This document shows, piece after piece, positions 36,907 through 47,525 of a DNA stretch of 64,000 bases; position 1 is the stretch's first letter; the number at the start of each line of letters is the position of its first letter. The notes beneath the pieces were generated by a model. It ran no database searches, had not been told where the DNA came from, and was given only the letters and a program-made list of their open reading frames with translations. Origin of the DNA: Candidatus Micrarchaeota archaeon (GTDB lineage Archaea > Micrarchaeota > Micrarchaeia > Anstonellales > Bilamarchaeaceae); the NCBI GenBank assembly GCA_038046765.1, contig JBBSVN010000012.1, forward strand, positions 1 to 64,000. The letters run 5' to 3'. The translations under genes were made by a program, and so were the position numbers.

Positions 36907-39078
36907 ATGGTAAATATTCCTTCATCACCAGATTTGCCTGATTTTATTCCAAAACTAAAGATACGCGACTTAAAGGGCGAACTACGAAGCGAAGCAGAAG
37001 ATATTCTCGAACAATTTTCAGAAGTTTCTACTGCAACTTTATCTAAAAATAGCACGATTGAATCAATGGTTAAACTATCAGCTAAACTTAACAAGAAGAG
37101 TAAAGGACATAAGAAACTAAAAAACAAGGTTGAAAACTTTGTCATGATGGCTAATGCGCTTAAAAGAGAAAACGTAGTTGTTGCTGTTGCAACTACAAGA
37201 AACGAAGAACGAAGATTTAGACCACCGACACAAGAAATTGAAGCAAGACGAATGTTATTAGGAAGATTTGAAATTCACGAAATACTTAAAGATAATGGGC
37301 AGATGGGGACAACTTATAAAGTTTGGGACAATGAAAAAAATCAGTTTGCAGTAGTTAAAGAAGTTTTAGAAAGAAATAGGGATGCAACTATAATTGCAAA
37401 AAGAGAATACAAACTTGGTAAAAGATTAAATCATTCTGGAATTTCGAGTTATTCTGAATTTATTGAAGATAAATCCGAGGGTATGATTTACGTTGTAAGA
37501 GAATGGGTTGAAGGAACTAATCTTAAGGATATTGGAACACAAAGCGAGCAGAAAATAAAACAATTCTTGGAGCAAATAATTGAAATCGTCAAATATGTAC
37601 ATTCCGAGGACATAATTTTGCGTGATTTAAAAATAAGTAATTTTGTTCTAACTAGTGATGGCAGACTTAAACTAATTGAAGTATGTGGTGCACTTGAAGA
37701 AGGTGAAGCTAAAATTCAGGAACGAAATCACGAATCAACAATGTTTCATGTAGGAAGTCCATTTTCAACTGCTCCTGAACTATTTAGTCCTTGTAAACAG
37801 TCTGATATTTGGTCAATCGGTTCGATTATTGCTGATTTGTACTTAGGTGATGGAAAGAAATGCCAAATCTCTTCAGATGAATATGATTTTAGTATAATTG
37901 AAAATAAAAAACTTAGAACAATCGTAGAAAAAGCCATGCAGTACAGGGTAAAATATCGATATCAATCTGTTGAAGAACTCGCTCAAGCGATTAGCGTAAA
38001 AGACGAATCGGTTGCTTTAAATAATGTGGAAAGACCTGGTGTTTTTGCTAGGATTAGGGCAAGTGTTATTTCATTTTTCAGTTACTCTGAAGCTACTATA
38101 ATTAAAAATTTAAAAGAATCAATCGAAACTAATTCGCTTCGTGCCAATGATCAAAGACTTCAAAATCTTACTCCTGAAGAAGCAGATAAACTTTTACAAT
38201 CCTTAGATGCTAAAAAAATTAGCAAAGGGGCGGATGTAAATGTTGTACTTTACATAATTTGTGAAAAAATTACTCAACTTCGTTCATTAGAAGTTGTTGC
38301 GGCTATAAAAAAATTACTTGAAATTGAAAGTTTTGGTGCTAAAATCATTAGTAATTCTGTTTTTGATTTTTTAATTGAGAACCTAAATTCCAAATCTGCT
38401 TCCCAGGGAATACTCGAATTTTCAAAGTTTGATTATTTTGCTGATCAGATACATGCCTTAATGAAAAAAATCGATAAAGAAATAGATGCATGTAATGCGT
38501 TAATCACAATTAAAAAAATGAAGAATAGAAACGAACTTGATCAAAAAGGCATTTTTAGACTCGCAGGAACGATTATTTCATCCGCAAATGCAGCTGATGT
38601 CATGGAAGCCGAAGGAGCTGATTTTGATGAAGCAACGATGGATACTTTGGCAAGAACAATTGCTAATGCGGGTAATCAAAATGATGCAAAGCGAGCGCTA
38701 TGGAAAAGAACAATTACTAAATATTATCCATGGATAGATGTTCTGGCAAAAACTATTGGGGCTGATTCGGCTAGTGCTTCACAAGTTCTAAGTACTATCG
38801 AAATAAACATTGGTGTTGGGTATTTTGAACCAAAATTAAGGACTTCTCTAAGTAATCTCGCAGAAAAAGTAAGCGAATCAGCACATGCGAAAAATGTTAT
38901 AATGAAATTCGGCGATGCTGAAAGAAGTCTTAGATGGATAAATACATGGTTAACTCCCGGATCTATTGGTACCTTAGTTGCTCAAGTAAATGTTCCACAG
39001 CACATACAGGAAATTTTGGCATATAGCCAAGCTCCCGAATCGATAAAAACCGAATTACGAAAAAAACTTAGAGAATAA
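36907..39078 (+). CDS. Hanks-type Ser/Thr kinase-like protein with long helical C-terminus
   Basis: G.MGTTY, VVK, LRDLKISN, APE, SDIWSIG; DFG position reads EVC. Confidence 0.8.
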   Translation: MVNIPSSPDLPDFIPKLKIRDLKGELRSEAEDILEQFSEVSTATLSKNSTIESMVKLSAKLNKKSKGHKKLKNKVENFVMMANALKRENVVVAVATTRNEERRFRPPTQEIEARRMLLGRFEIHEILKDNGQMGTTYKVWDNEKNQFAVVKEVLERNRDATIIAKREYKLGKRLNHSGISSYSEFIEDKSEGMIYVVREWVEGTNLKDIGTQSEQKIKQFLEQIIEIVKYVHSEDIILRDLKISNFVLTSDGRLKLIEVCGALEEGEAKIQERNHESTMFHVGSPFSTAPELFSPCKQSDIWSIGSIIADLYLGDGKKCQISSDEYDFSIIENKKLRTIVEKAMQYRVKYRYQSVEELAQAISVKDESVALNNVERPGVFARIRASVISFFSYSEATIIKNLKESIETNSLRANDQRLQNLTPEEADKLLQSLDAKKISKGADVNVVLYIICEKITQLRSLEVVAAIKKLLEIESFGAKIISNSVFDFLIENLNSKSASQGILEFSKFDYFADQIHALMKKIDKEIDACNALITIKKMKNRNELDQKGIFRLAGTIISSANAADVMEAEGADFDEATMDTLARTIANAGNQNDAKRALWKRTITKYYPWIDVLAKTIGADSASASQVLSTIEINIGVGYFEPKLRTSLSNLAEKVSESAHAKNVIMKFGDAERSLRWINTWLTPGSIGTLVAQVNVPQHIQEILAYSQAPESIKTELRKKLRE

Positions 39079-39105
39079 ACAAATCAACAAACGAGGCGTT
39101 TAATT

Positions 39106-40140
39106 ATGTTGTCAGTTTGGAAAACAAAACCAGAAGAAGGACTTATAGTAAAAGAAACAGATGTCCCTAAAATCAAAGAAGACCAAGTTCTAATCAAAGT
39201 CAAAGCAACTTCAATATGCGGCACAGATATGCATATTTACAAATGGGATGAATGGGCGCAAAAACGAATCGGGAAAAATATTCCATATATTTTTGGTCAT
39301 GAAGTAGCTGGGGAAATTGCAGAAATGGGTAAAAGCGTAAAAGGCTTATCTATAGGAGATCACGTATCAGCTGAAACGCATATCTCATGCGGATATTGTT
39401 TCCAGTGTAAAACTGGAAATGAACATATTTGTCAGAATGTTAAAATTTTAGGAGTTGATACAAACGGAACTTTTGCAGAATATTTAGCACTACCCTATCG
39501 AAATGCATGGGTAAATGACAAGAAAATTCCTCATTCTGTTGCAACAGCACAAGAACCATTAGGAAACGCAGTCCATACTGTTTTTGATGGCGAAATTGTT
39601 GGAAAAACAGTTACGATATTTGGTATGGGCCCAATCGGAATTTGTGCAGTTGGACTATGCAAACTAGGTGGAGCAGAAAAGATAATTGCAATTGATAACC
39701 ATGGTAGCAGATTAAAAATGGCAAAAGATTTTGGCGCAGATGTACTAATTAATCCAAAGGAAAGCAATACACAAAAAGAAATAATGGATGCAACAAATGG
39801 ACTAGGCGCAGATGTATTTTTAGAAATCGCAGGAAGCGAAGCAGCAATGACTGATGGATTAGCAACAATTAAGGCAGGTGGGAGAGCTTCAATTCTGGGA
39901 GTTTTCTCGAAACCATTTACTGTTGATGTCACTAGAGACATTGTGTTTAAAGGCATCAAACTCACAGGGATTAACGGAAGAAAAATGTTTGATACTTGGT
40001 ATAAAACAAGATCTATTTTAGCTAGCGGAAAACTAGACCTAGCAAAACTCGTTACGCACAAGTTTAAACTAAAAGATATTGAAAAAGGATTCCAGGTTAT
40101 GAAAAAAAGAGAAGGAATGAAGATTGTTTTGGAGCCTTAA
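39106..40140 (+). CDS. tdh: L-threonine 3-dehydrogenase
   Basis: SICGTD.HIY.WD.W, GHE, ETHISCGYCFQC, EPLGNAVHT, GR.MF.TW. Confidence 0.93.
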   Translation: MLSVWKTKPEEGLIVKETDVPKIKEDQVLIKVKATSICGTDMHIYKWDEWAQKRIGKNIPYIFGHEVAGEIAEMGKSVKGLSIGDHVSAETHISCGYCFQCKTGNEHICQNVKILGVDTNGTFAEYLALPYRNAWVNDKKIPHSVATAQEPLGNAVHTVFDGEIVGKTVTIFGMGPIGICAVGLCKLGGAEKIIAIDNHGSRLKMAKDFGADVLINPKESNTQKEIMDATNGLGADVFLEIAGSEAAMTDGLATIKAGGRASILGVFSKPFTVDVTRDIVFKGIKLTGINGRKMFDTWYKTRSILASGKLDLAKLVTHKFKLKDIEKGFQVMKKREGMKIVLEP

Positions 40141-40151
40141 TCGTCATTTAT

Positions 40152-40235
40152 CACACAAAATTCTAAAAAATGTGTGGTAAGTTTTTCTCTCGTAATTTTT
40201 AGGCACACATTTAATAGTTAAAATGTGTGGTAAGT
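40152..40235. repeat. tandem pair of CACACA...TGTGTGGTAAGT palindromic units
   Basis: AAAATGTGTGGTAAGT twice, 53 bp apart, each preceded by CACACA; between convergent tdh and rad50. Confidence 0.7.
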
Positions 40236-40261
40236 AAATATATAAAATAAAAAGAAACTAC

Positions 40262-42562
40262 CTAAACCCTTTGCGCAATCGTCGGTCCCAAATTAGATTT
40301 GTCCCTGGTTAGTACATAATTCGTTGCAAAATCACTTCCAGTTAATCCTTCTTCATGGCTAATTATTAACGTCTGTTCGATAACGCTTGGAACTTTAAAT
40401 TGCAAAGTATTTGAAAGAAGTTCAATCGCTTCGCTATCTAAATTGTGTGTTGGTTCATCTAAAATTAACCAACTTAAATTTGGTGTTAAAACTGTCGCTA
40501 ATGCAACGCGCAAAGTTAATGCAACACAAGCTCTTTCTCCTCCGCTAGCAACTGTTTCTAATTCCTTCCAGCCATTTTCAAGTATTTCTACATTGTAATC
40601 TTTTTCAGTTACATTTATCCTAATTGCCTTGTAGTTTCTATGCGGGTAAAATATATTCCAAATCTCGTTCATCGCATTATTTATTGCTTCAATTAAATTT
40701 GTTCTAAGTGAAATCTGCGTTTCTAATAATGCGTCCTTGTAGATACTCAATTCATTTTCAAGCTTTGATAAGTACTTAATTTCTAAGTCTATTTCCTTAA
40801 GGTGAATTAGTTCTTTATCCGTAATCTCATATATCTGTTGATAATCACCAACTTGTTTTTTTAATACTGCTAATGATCCAAAAATCTTTTCATAGTTAAT
40901 CTTTACATTTTCAAGTAAAACTCTTTTTTCCTCAAATACCTTATCGTCAAATTTAACCAGAGCAAGTTTCGTATTTATTTCTTCTAAATTTTTAGTTGTA
41001 TTTTCTATTTCCTTTTTCTTCTTAATTTCTGACTCCATTTTATTTTGTTCTAAAATAAGTTTTTCAATCTGGCTAGTTAGCTCGCTTAGATTTTTTTGCA
41101 TCTGTAATTTATTGTCTTCAATTATTTTTTGGTTTTCTGTCTTTGTAGTTGTTTCTTTTATGACTAAAGCCTCATCTATGAGTCCTTCTTTAAGCGCTTT
41201 TATCCGATCTGTTAAAAGTTCAGCTGATTTTAAATCTTTTTCAATTGTTTCAATGCTACTTCTAATTTGGCTAATCTTTAGTTCGATTTTCGGTAAAATT
41301 TCGTTATTCTCCCTAACAATTTTTTCTCTTTCATTTTTTATGTGTGATATTTTATCTGGATTTAATTCGCAGTTACATACTGGGCATACTGCGGCACTAT
41401 CCTGTAATTGTATTTTATTTGCTATGTCCTGTAACTCCTTGATTTTAGCTTTTCTTACTCCAAGTTCGGCTGTTAGTTCTGATGACTCTTTTGAAAGGGG
41501 ATCTTTTTTCAACTTTAGATCTGGGATACTGGCATTTTTTAATATAAGTTTTAACGAACTATCATATTTTGCTATCAGTTCGACTGAATTTTTGTTATTC
41601 TTTATTTTCTGTTCATTTGCAGCGATTTGTTTACTTATTTCTAATGATGCCTGATCTAGTGGTTTAATTTTTTCCATTACTTCTAGTCTATTTTTCTGTG
41701 TCTCTGTTCTTCTTGTTTTTAGTTCTTCCAAAACTACCTCTTGAACTTCTACATATCCTTTTTTCAAATTTTCAATTATAGCAGTTAATTTTATCTGCTG
41801 GTTTTTCAAGATTTCAAAACTATCTTTTAGTAACTTTAATTGGTCATACTCATCTTGAAAGTCTTTTCTTTTTACGCTCAATTCCCCAATCTCTTTTTCT
41901 AGTTCAGTTGCCCTCTGTTTTCCCTTATCCATTTCTAAGATTATTGTTTGTTTCTTTTCTTCTAATTCCTTTATTCTTAAGCTACTAAATTTTTCTGATA
42001 ATGTTTTGTTGCCAGATTTTATTCTGTTTATTACAGAAATAAGGTTTGTTCTAGCTGTTTCAAACTTATCTAAACCCAGTAGGTTATCAAGTTCCTGCTT
42101 TCTTCTTCTTGGTTCAACAGATAAAAAATAATCTATGTTGTTCTGGTCGCTGTAAATTGCTCTTGTAAATAAATCGTAGTCCACTTGTAATAATTGTTCA
42201 ATATATTCATTTACTGCTACTGGACCCTTATCCATTAACTGATCTTTCTTGTATACATAAGCATCAGTACTGGTTCCTCTTTTATCTTTCTTTATAATTC
42301 GTTCTACCTTGTAATTTTCTCCCCTGCAGTTAAAATTAAGTTCGATTTGTGCAGAATTTTCATTTAGTCGCAGTGTGTTTTCTAAGTTTAATTTTCTTTT
42401 TTCTAAACTAGGAAAAGTTCCAAATAATGCAAAACAGATCGCATCAAGTACGCTTGATTTTCCACTCCCCATACTTCCAATTAAAAGATTAGTTCCTTTG
42501 CTAAACGCTAAGTTGCTGTTTGCATGCGATCGCCAGTTTGTAAGTTTGATGGAAGTAAGCAT
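40262..42562 (-). CDS. rad50: Rad50/SbcC-type SMC ATPase
   Basis: GSMGSGKSS, coiled coils with CPVC zinc hook, SGGE signature, LILDEPT; no mre11 in window. Confidence 0.88.
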   Translation of the reverse strand: MLTSIKLTNWRSHANSNLAFSKGTNLLIGSMGSGKSSVLDAICFALFGTFPSLEKRKLNLENTLRLNENSAQIELNFNCRGENYKVERIIKKDKRGTSTDAYVYKKDQLMDKGPVAVNEYIEQLLQVDYDLFTRAIYSDQNNIDYFLSVEPRRRKQELDNLLGLDKFETARTNLISVINRIKSGNKTLSEKFSSLRIKELEEKKQTIILEMDKGKQRATELEKEIGELSVKRKDFQDEYDQLKLLKDSFEILKNQQIKLTAIIENLKKGYVEVQEVVLEELKTRRTETQKNRLEVMEKIKPLDQASLEISKQIAANEQKIKNNKNSVELIAKYDSSLKLILKNASIPDLKLKKDPLSKESSELTAELGVRKAKIKELQDIANKIQLQDSAAVCPVCNCELNPDKISHIKNEREKIVRENNEILPKIELKISQIRSSIETIEKDLKSAELLTDRIKALKEGLIDEALVIKETTTKTENQKIIEDNKLQMQKNLSELTSQIEKLILEQNKMESEIKKKKEIENTTKNLEEINTKLALVKFDDKVFEEKRVLLENVKINYEKIFGSLAVLKKQVGDYQQIYEITDKELIHLKEIDLEIKYLSKLENELSIYKDALLETQISLRTNLIEAINNAMNEIWNIFYPHRNYKAIRINVTEKDYNVEILENGWKELETVASGGERACVALTLRVALATVLTPNLSWLILDEPTHNLDSEAIELLSNTLQFKVPSVIEQTLIISHEEGLTGSDFATNYVLTRDKSNLGPTIAQRV

Positions 42563-42618
42563 ACATCAAGTAATTTATATGGTTAAAAATAAAGAGACAT
42601 CTGTTCTGCTGGTTTTTA

Positions 42619-43496
42619 CTATCTAAAAACAGTATATCTGCAAACTTCAGGGTCGTTTACCTTTGCAATAATTTCAGCGTTTCCTTCGTTTACAAGGCGT
42701 TCGTAATACGTATTTGTTGAAGCAAGGTCTAAACCAACTATGAAACTATTTTTATCTTTTAGTAATCCGCGTAACTTTGTTAAAAATTGTTTTACGAGTA
42801 CGGATCCGGTTTCGGGATTATGGAATTCTTTAATAAAGTGCATTACATTTGCGAGGAATATTCGGTCGAACTTACGACTTTTTAATTTTTCTAATCCTTC
42901 GGGTAATGTTGTCTGGATTATGTTATATCTGTCTGCAAGTATCTTCGCCCGAGTTTTTGCATAAATTTCTTCATTTTTTAAGTGTGGAAAGAAATGCGTT
43001 CCTATATCTTGTTCTTCTAAGGTGATGTTACAACTATCACTTACACGGTGATGTTCATTATTAACATCTAATCCCGCCTGATTGAAAATATCAATTAAGA
43101 TATCTCGTTCATGACTTGATAAACAATCTTTAAGAAACAGGATTGAATTGCTACGCAAGTAGTCATATGCTTGATTAAGATTTACTATAAACCTACTTGC
43201 TAACAATAATTTTAATAATTCGAGAAATTCCGCTCTGCTAAATTCAGTTGTAGCCATTCTTGTTAATCTGTTATAAATAATCTGCTCTTTACTTGCATCT
43301 ATCGCAACAACTTCCCTTACCTTTGGAAGCATAGCTAGTCCCAACCATAAGCTGCGATCGTTAGGACACTATGGTGTGGTTGTAAATCCATAATCTCGAG
43401 CGTTTTAGGAACTCGTGTTAGTGGGCAGCCCCAGCTGAGTCTGCCTTTGGCAATGTTTAATGGTTTAACTGGTTTAATTATCGGTTCTGCTACCAT
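42619..43496 (-). pseudogene. frameshifted DUF3419/BtaA-like SAM-binding protein
   Basis: SVLTIAAYG in one frame continues as GLAMLPKVREVVAIDASKEQI in another near 43340; FDRIFLANV later. Confidence 0.55.
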
Positions 43497-43570
43497 AAAT
43501 ATACTCCACAATATTAATCTAAACAACACTTTATAAATTCTTCTTACCTTATTATAATTGGTGAGATTAA

Positions 43571-44212
43571 ATGCAAGCACAACATTTACTAATTCCAGGT
43601 CAAAGAAGAATCAATAAAATGGAATATCCTGGTTTTAAGAATGACTTAAAAAAAGCTGGGTTTCGTGTTGAAGTTGGGTTAAATGAATTTAGTTATGGTC
43701 TAAAAACAAATCATTTTTTTCATGATCCTGGTTTTAATTTAGCTGTTAATGCCCTACATACTCCTGATAAAAAAGAAACAATTGTAAGCGCCGAATTGAC
43801 AATGGTGTGGAGACCAGCTCTCCAACTTAATAGTGTCATAATTGAAGGTTTTCAGGAAAAAGCACATACTGTAGATTTACCTAATGGATATCAATACGCT
43901 GCTTTTCTAGTCGTTCCAAAAACAGTTGAATTATTAGTTGAAAATGCCTTAAAATTAGGTAAATTTATTGCTGGACTAGAGGAACATCCATTAATTGAAG
44001 GTATTGAAGACAATCCGAAGGAAATTGTCTATAATAATCGTTGGTATAGTCAACGGATCCAAAACGCTTCAATTCCAGCTGAGGCTAAATCAATTGAGTT
44101 AGAGTGGGCTAGGGTACGAGATTTTATATGCGCTAGTATAGCTCATAAAGTCGGAGTTCTGCGACTCGACCAAAATTTAATTGAAGTTATGGCGTTTGTC
44201 ACAAATAAATAA
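43571..44212 (+). CDS. hypothetical protein
   Basis: 213-aa ORF with GGTGA RBS. Confidence 0.6.
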   Translation: MQAQHLLIPGQRRINKMEYPGFKNDLKKAGFRVEVGLNEFSYGLKTNHFFHDPGFNLAVNALHTPDKKETIVSAELTMVWRPALQLNSVIIEGFQEKAHTVDLPNGYQYAAFLVVPKTVELLVENALKLGKFIAGLEEHPLIEGIEDNPKEIVYNNRWYSQRIQNASIPAEAKSIELEWARVRDFICASIAHKVGVLRLDQNLIEVMAFVTNK

Positions 44213-44226
44213 TTTTTGGTATTTTT

Positions 44227-45054
44227 ATGTCACAAACAAAATCACAAACATTTGCTCCTCACGTAAAACGAGAAGACGTTTATTCAAGACTTGGAGGGCC
44301 TACTTTAAGGTTGCTACAAAGACTTAAGGCGATTCCTGAGGAGAACGGTGCGGTTTCAAGATTCAAAGAAACTAAACTTGATCAATTGAATCTAGATGCA
44401 ATATCTCGTATTTGGTCAAGTGATCCAAATGAATTAGCAACAATTCATGAAAGAGTTTATAGCGAATTGGCTGATTCTAGAAGGTGCAAATCTTCCAGAA
44501 TGGATGAAGAAATTAAACGCGGAGTTTTAGAACTAACCGCGTTTCCATTTATCGTAGCTGATGTCGTCCTAGATCTAGCTTTAATGGACGAAGAAGAAAT
44601 AAAACGAAAATTTCCTTGTCCAAAATTCTTCACTCAAGATGAAAGAAATGTTTTTGCAGTTGCAATGCACTCTGCTATAGAAGCGACTGCTAAAGAAGAC
44701 CTTAAAAATTTCTTGAAAACTCATGTAAGCAGTTTTTACCCTCACAACTTCCCAGAAGTAGGGGTATTAAAGACCAGGATTGCTTTTCTTGAAAGTGTTG
44801 CTAATGATTTTACTGATCAAAAAACGCGCTACTTAATGCAAGACCGATATGATATGTGTAATCGTTTTCATATTAAGACCAAATCTACAGAAGATTTATA
44901 TGCCGACCTTAGTATGTATCCGCGAGGTGGAAGGCTAGCTTTAATAGAAGTTCTAAGTTGGAATGGGGGGCTTGACCGTGAATCTAGAATTAAGTTGGAA
45001 GCACTCGATCTTGAGTATCAGGTTCTTGGTCTAGGTCTTTCAAACAGTGATTAA
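44227..45054 (+). CDS. hypothetical protein
   Basis: 275-aa ORF. Confidence 0.6.
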   Translation: MSQTKSQTFAPHVKREDVYSRLGGPTLRLLQRLKAIPEENGAVSRFKETKLDQLNLDAISRIWSSDPNELATIHERVYSELADSRRCKSSRMDEEIKRGVLELTAFPFIVADVVLDLALMDEEEIKRKFPCPKFFTQDERNVFAVAMHSAIEATAKEDLKNFLKTHVSSFYPHNFPEVGVLKTRIAFLESVANDFTDQKTRYLMQDRYDMCNRFHIKTKSTEDLYADLSMYPRGGRLALIEVLSWNGGLDRESRIKLEALDLEYQVLGLGLSNSD

Positions 45055-45179
45055 TTTAGTTACTAGACAAAATTCTTCTTACATATGTTAACTATATCAT
45101 TTCGTCTTTCGTCGTATCTTCCAGCGTCAATCAACAATCTTTTTAAACCAATCTTAGCACATAAATACTGTTGATTTCT

Positions 45180-46274
45180 ATGCGCTTAGTCGTAAAACTC
45201 GGCAGTTCCTTAGTTACTGCAAAAAACGGAATAGATTCTCATTTAATAAAGAAAATCGCTGATGAAATCTGTTCTTTAAGCGAACACGATTTTGTCATTG
45301 TTACTTCTGGAGCAATATCTACTGGGATGCGTAAACTTGGGATAAAAGAAAAACCAAGAGACATTGCATTACATCAAGCACTGGCCGCAGTAGGCCAAGG
45401 TTCACTCATGCGAGCTTACGAGAGAATATTCGCAGATCGAAAAATTTTAGCCCAAGTTCTTTTAACAAATAATGACTTCTGTAACCGTTTACAATACCTA
45501 AACATTCAACACACATTAAACATGCTAATTTCAAAACATGTAGTTCCAATAATAAACGAAAACGATACGGTAACTGCCCAAGATATAAAGAAAGTCGCCT
45601 TTGGAGATAACGATTCGCTAGCAGCTCAAGTCGCAGTTGCTATAGATGCGGATATGCTAATTATCTTAACGGATGTTGATGGGTTATACGATCGAAATCC
45701 AAAAGATTCGCAAGCAAAATTAATTCGTGAAGTTAATGATTTTGACGATGCTTTTTTAGAATCTGCTTGTAGCACCTGTGGTGAACTAGGTCGAGGAGGA
45801 ATGTCTGCAAAAGTTAAAGCTGCAAAAATGGCAACATTAGGAGATGTAAAAGTTATTGTAGCTAAAGGAACAGAAATTAATGTGATTAAAAAAACAATTA
45901 ACCATGAAGTTGGTACTGCATTCTATCCACCTAAAAATAATGATCAATTATCTGCTCATAAAAACTGGATTGCGTTTGCTAGTGAAATAAAGGGGAAAAT
46001 ATTTGTAAAAGGAAGTACAGAAACAACTTGCAATTTAACTAGCGTAGTTTTGCCAAGCGAAGTAGTTTCTGCTGAAGGAGATTTTGAGAAAGGAGATGTA
46101 GTTGAAGTAATTTGTAATGAAAAGCGAATTGCAAGAGGAATGAGTAACTATTCCGTTTACGATCTAAACCGGGTTAAAGGATTGGAAGAAAATGATATTT
46201 TTAAAATCTTAGGCTATGCTTATAGGGAAGTAATTTCACAAAGTAATCTGGTGAAAACCAATGGAAAACATTAA
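45180..46274 (+). CDS. proB: glutamate 5-kinase with PUA domain
   Basis: VVKLGSS, VTSGAI, AAVGQ, INENDTV, FGDND, GGM.AK. Confidence 0.95.
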   Translation: MRLVVKLGSSLVTAKNGIDSHLIKKIADEICSLSEHDFVIVTSGAISTGMRKLGIKEKPRDIALHQALAAVGQGSLMRAYERIFADRKILAQVLLTNNDFCNRLQYLNIQHTLNMLISKHVVPIINENDTVTAQDIKKVAFGDNDSLAAQVAVAIDADMLIILTDVDGLYDRNPKDSQAKLIREVNDFDDAFLESACSTCGELGRGGMSAKVKAAKMATLGDVKVIVAKGTEINVIKKTINHEVGTAFYPPKNNDQLSAHKNWIAFASEIKGKIFVKGSTETTCNLTSVVLPSEVVSAEGDFEKGDVVEVICNEKRIARGMSNYSVYDLNRVKGLEENDIFKILGYAYREVISQSNLVKTNGKH

Positions 46275-47523
46275 CCAAGTCGATTCTTACGTAATTGATC
46301 TTCTTAAGCGAAGTAAATCTGCTAGTTCTTCCCTTGCATTACTTAGTACAAAAGAAAAAAATGAGTACTTAATGAAAATGGCCGATTCCTTAGAAAAAAA
46401 TAGCGAACAAATTCTAAAAGCAAATAGAATTGATGTAGAAAATGCAGTAAAAGAAAAAACTTCAGAAAGCTTAATTGATAGATTACGATTAACAAAAGAA
46501 CGTATATATTCAATTGCAAAAGATGTCCGATTTGTTGCGAGTTTAGCTGATCCTATTGGCGAAGGCGAAGTATGGAAAGTACCAAATGGATTGGAAATTA
46601 AACGATTACGCGTTCCACTTGGAGTTGTTGCGATTATTTATGAATCTAGGCCCAACGTAACAGTCGATGTTGCCTCGTTATGTTTAAAAACAGGTAATTC
46701 CTGCGTATTAAGAGGGAGTTCGAGTGCGCTTAATTCTAATCGAGCGATCGTTTCTGCGATTTCTAAAGTACTCCCATCTGATGCAGCACTTTTAATTGAT
46801 AGCGAAGATCGAAAAGTAGTCGATACGTTAATGCATGCCAGAGGCTATGTTGACGTTTTAATTCCGAGGGGCGGAGCGAATTTAATTAAACATGTAACAG
46901 AAAACGCAACTGTTCCAGTTATTGAAACAGGGAGCGGTAATTGTCATATATTTATTGATGAATCAGCAGATTTAGAAAAAGCAGAAAAGATTGTTCTTAA
47001 CGCTAAAACACAACGACCCGGAGTTTGCAATGCTGCTGAAAAATTATTAATTCATAAAAATGTTGTTAAAGAATTTTTACCTAAAGTTGCAAAAGCGTTA
47101 AACGACAAAAAGGTCGAGCTAAGAGCGGATAAAGAATGTAAAACGATTCTCGATTCGCAAAAAATCCCATGCAAGTTCGCAACAGAAGAAGATTGGCCAA
47201 AGGAATATTTAGATTTAATCATCGGCATAAAAGTTGTAAATAGTCTAGATGAAGCAATTGCTCATATTAACAAATATAACACAAAACATACCGAAGCAAT
47301 TCTAACGAACAACGTAACAAATGCGAATAAGTTTGCAAAAGAAATCGATGCTTCAACCGTAATGATTAATGCTTCAACAAGATTTACCGATGGCGGAGAA
47401 TTTGGTTTTGGTGCTGAAGTAGGAATTAGCACACAAAAAATGCATGCAAGGGGCCCAATGGGACTAAAGGAATTGACTACTTATAAATATGTTGTAACTG
47501 GAGAAGGACAAGTTAGGGGATAA
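46261..47523 (+). CDS. proA: gamma-glutamyl phosphate reductase
   Basis: IYESRPNVT, IPRGG, CNA.E, NASTRFTDG, HARGPMGL. Confidence 0.96.
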   Translation: MENINQVDSYVIDLLKRSKSASSSLALLSTKEKNEYLMKMADSLEKNSEQILKANRIDVENAVKEKTSESLIDRLRLTKERIYSIAKDVRFVASLADPIGEGEVWKVPNGLEIKRLRVPLGVVAIIYESRPNVTVDVASLCLKTGNSCVLRGSSSALNSNRAIVSAISKVLPSDAALLIDSEDRKVVDTLMHARGYVDVLIPRGGANLIKHVTENATVPVIETGSGNCHIFIDESADLEKAEKIVLNAKTQRPGVCNAAEKLLIHKNVVKEFLPKVAKALNDKKVELRADKECKTILDSQKIPCKFATEEDWPKEYLDLIIGIKVVNSLDEAIAHINKYNTKHTEAILTNNVTNANKFAKEIDASTVMINASTRFTDGGEFGFGAEVGISTQKMHARGPMGLKELTTYKYVVTGEGQVRG

Positions 47524-47525
47524 CA

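Noticed and set aside
39531..41654. Long antisense ORFs (39531-40061, 41112-41654) and similar shadows elsewhere
   Set aside because: They lie opposite well-conserved genes and reflect codon bias
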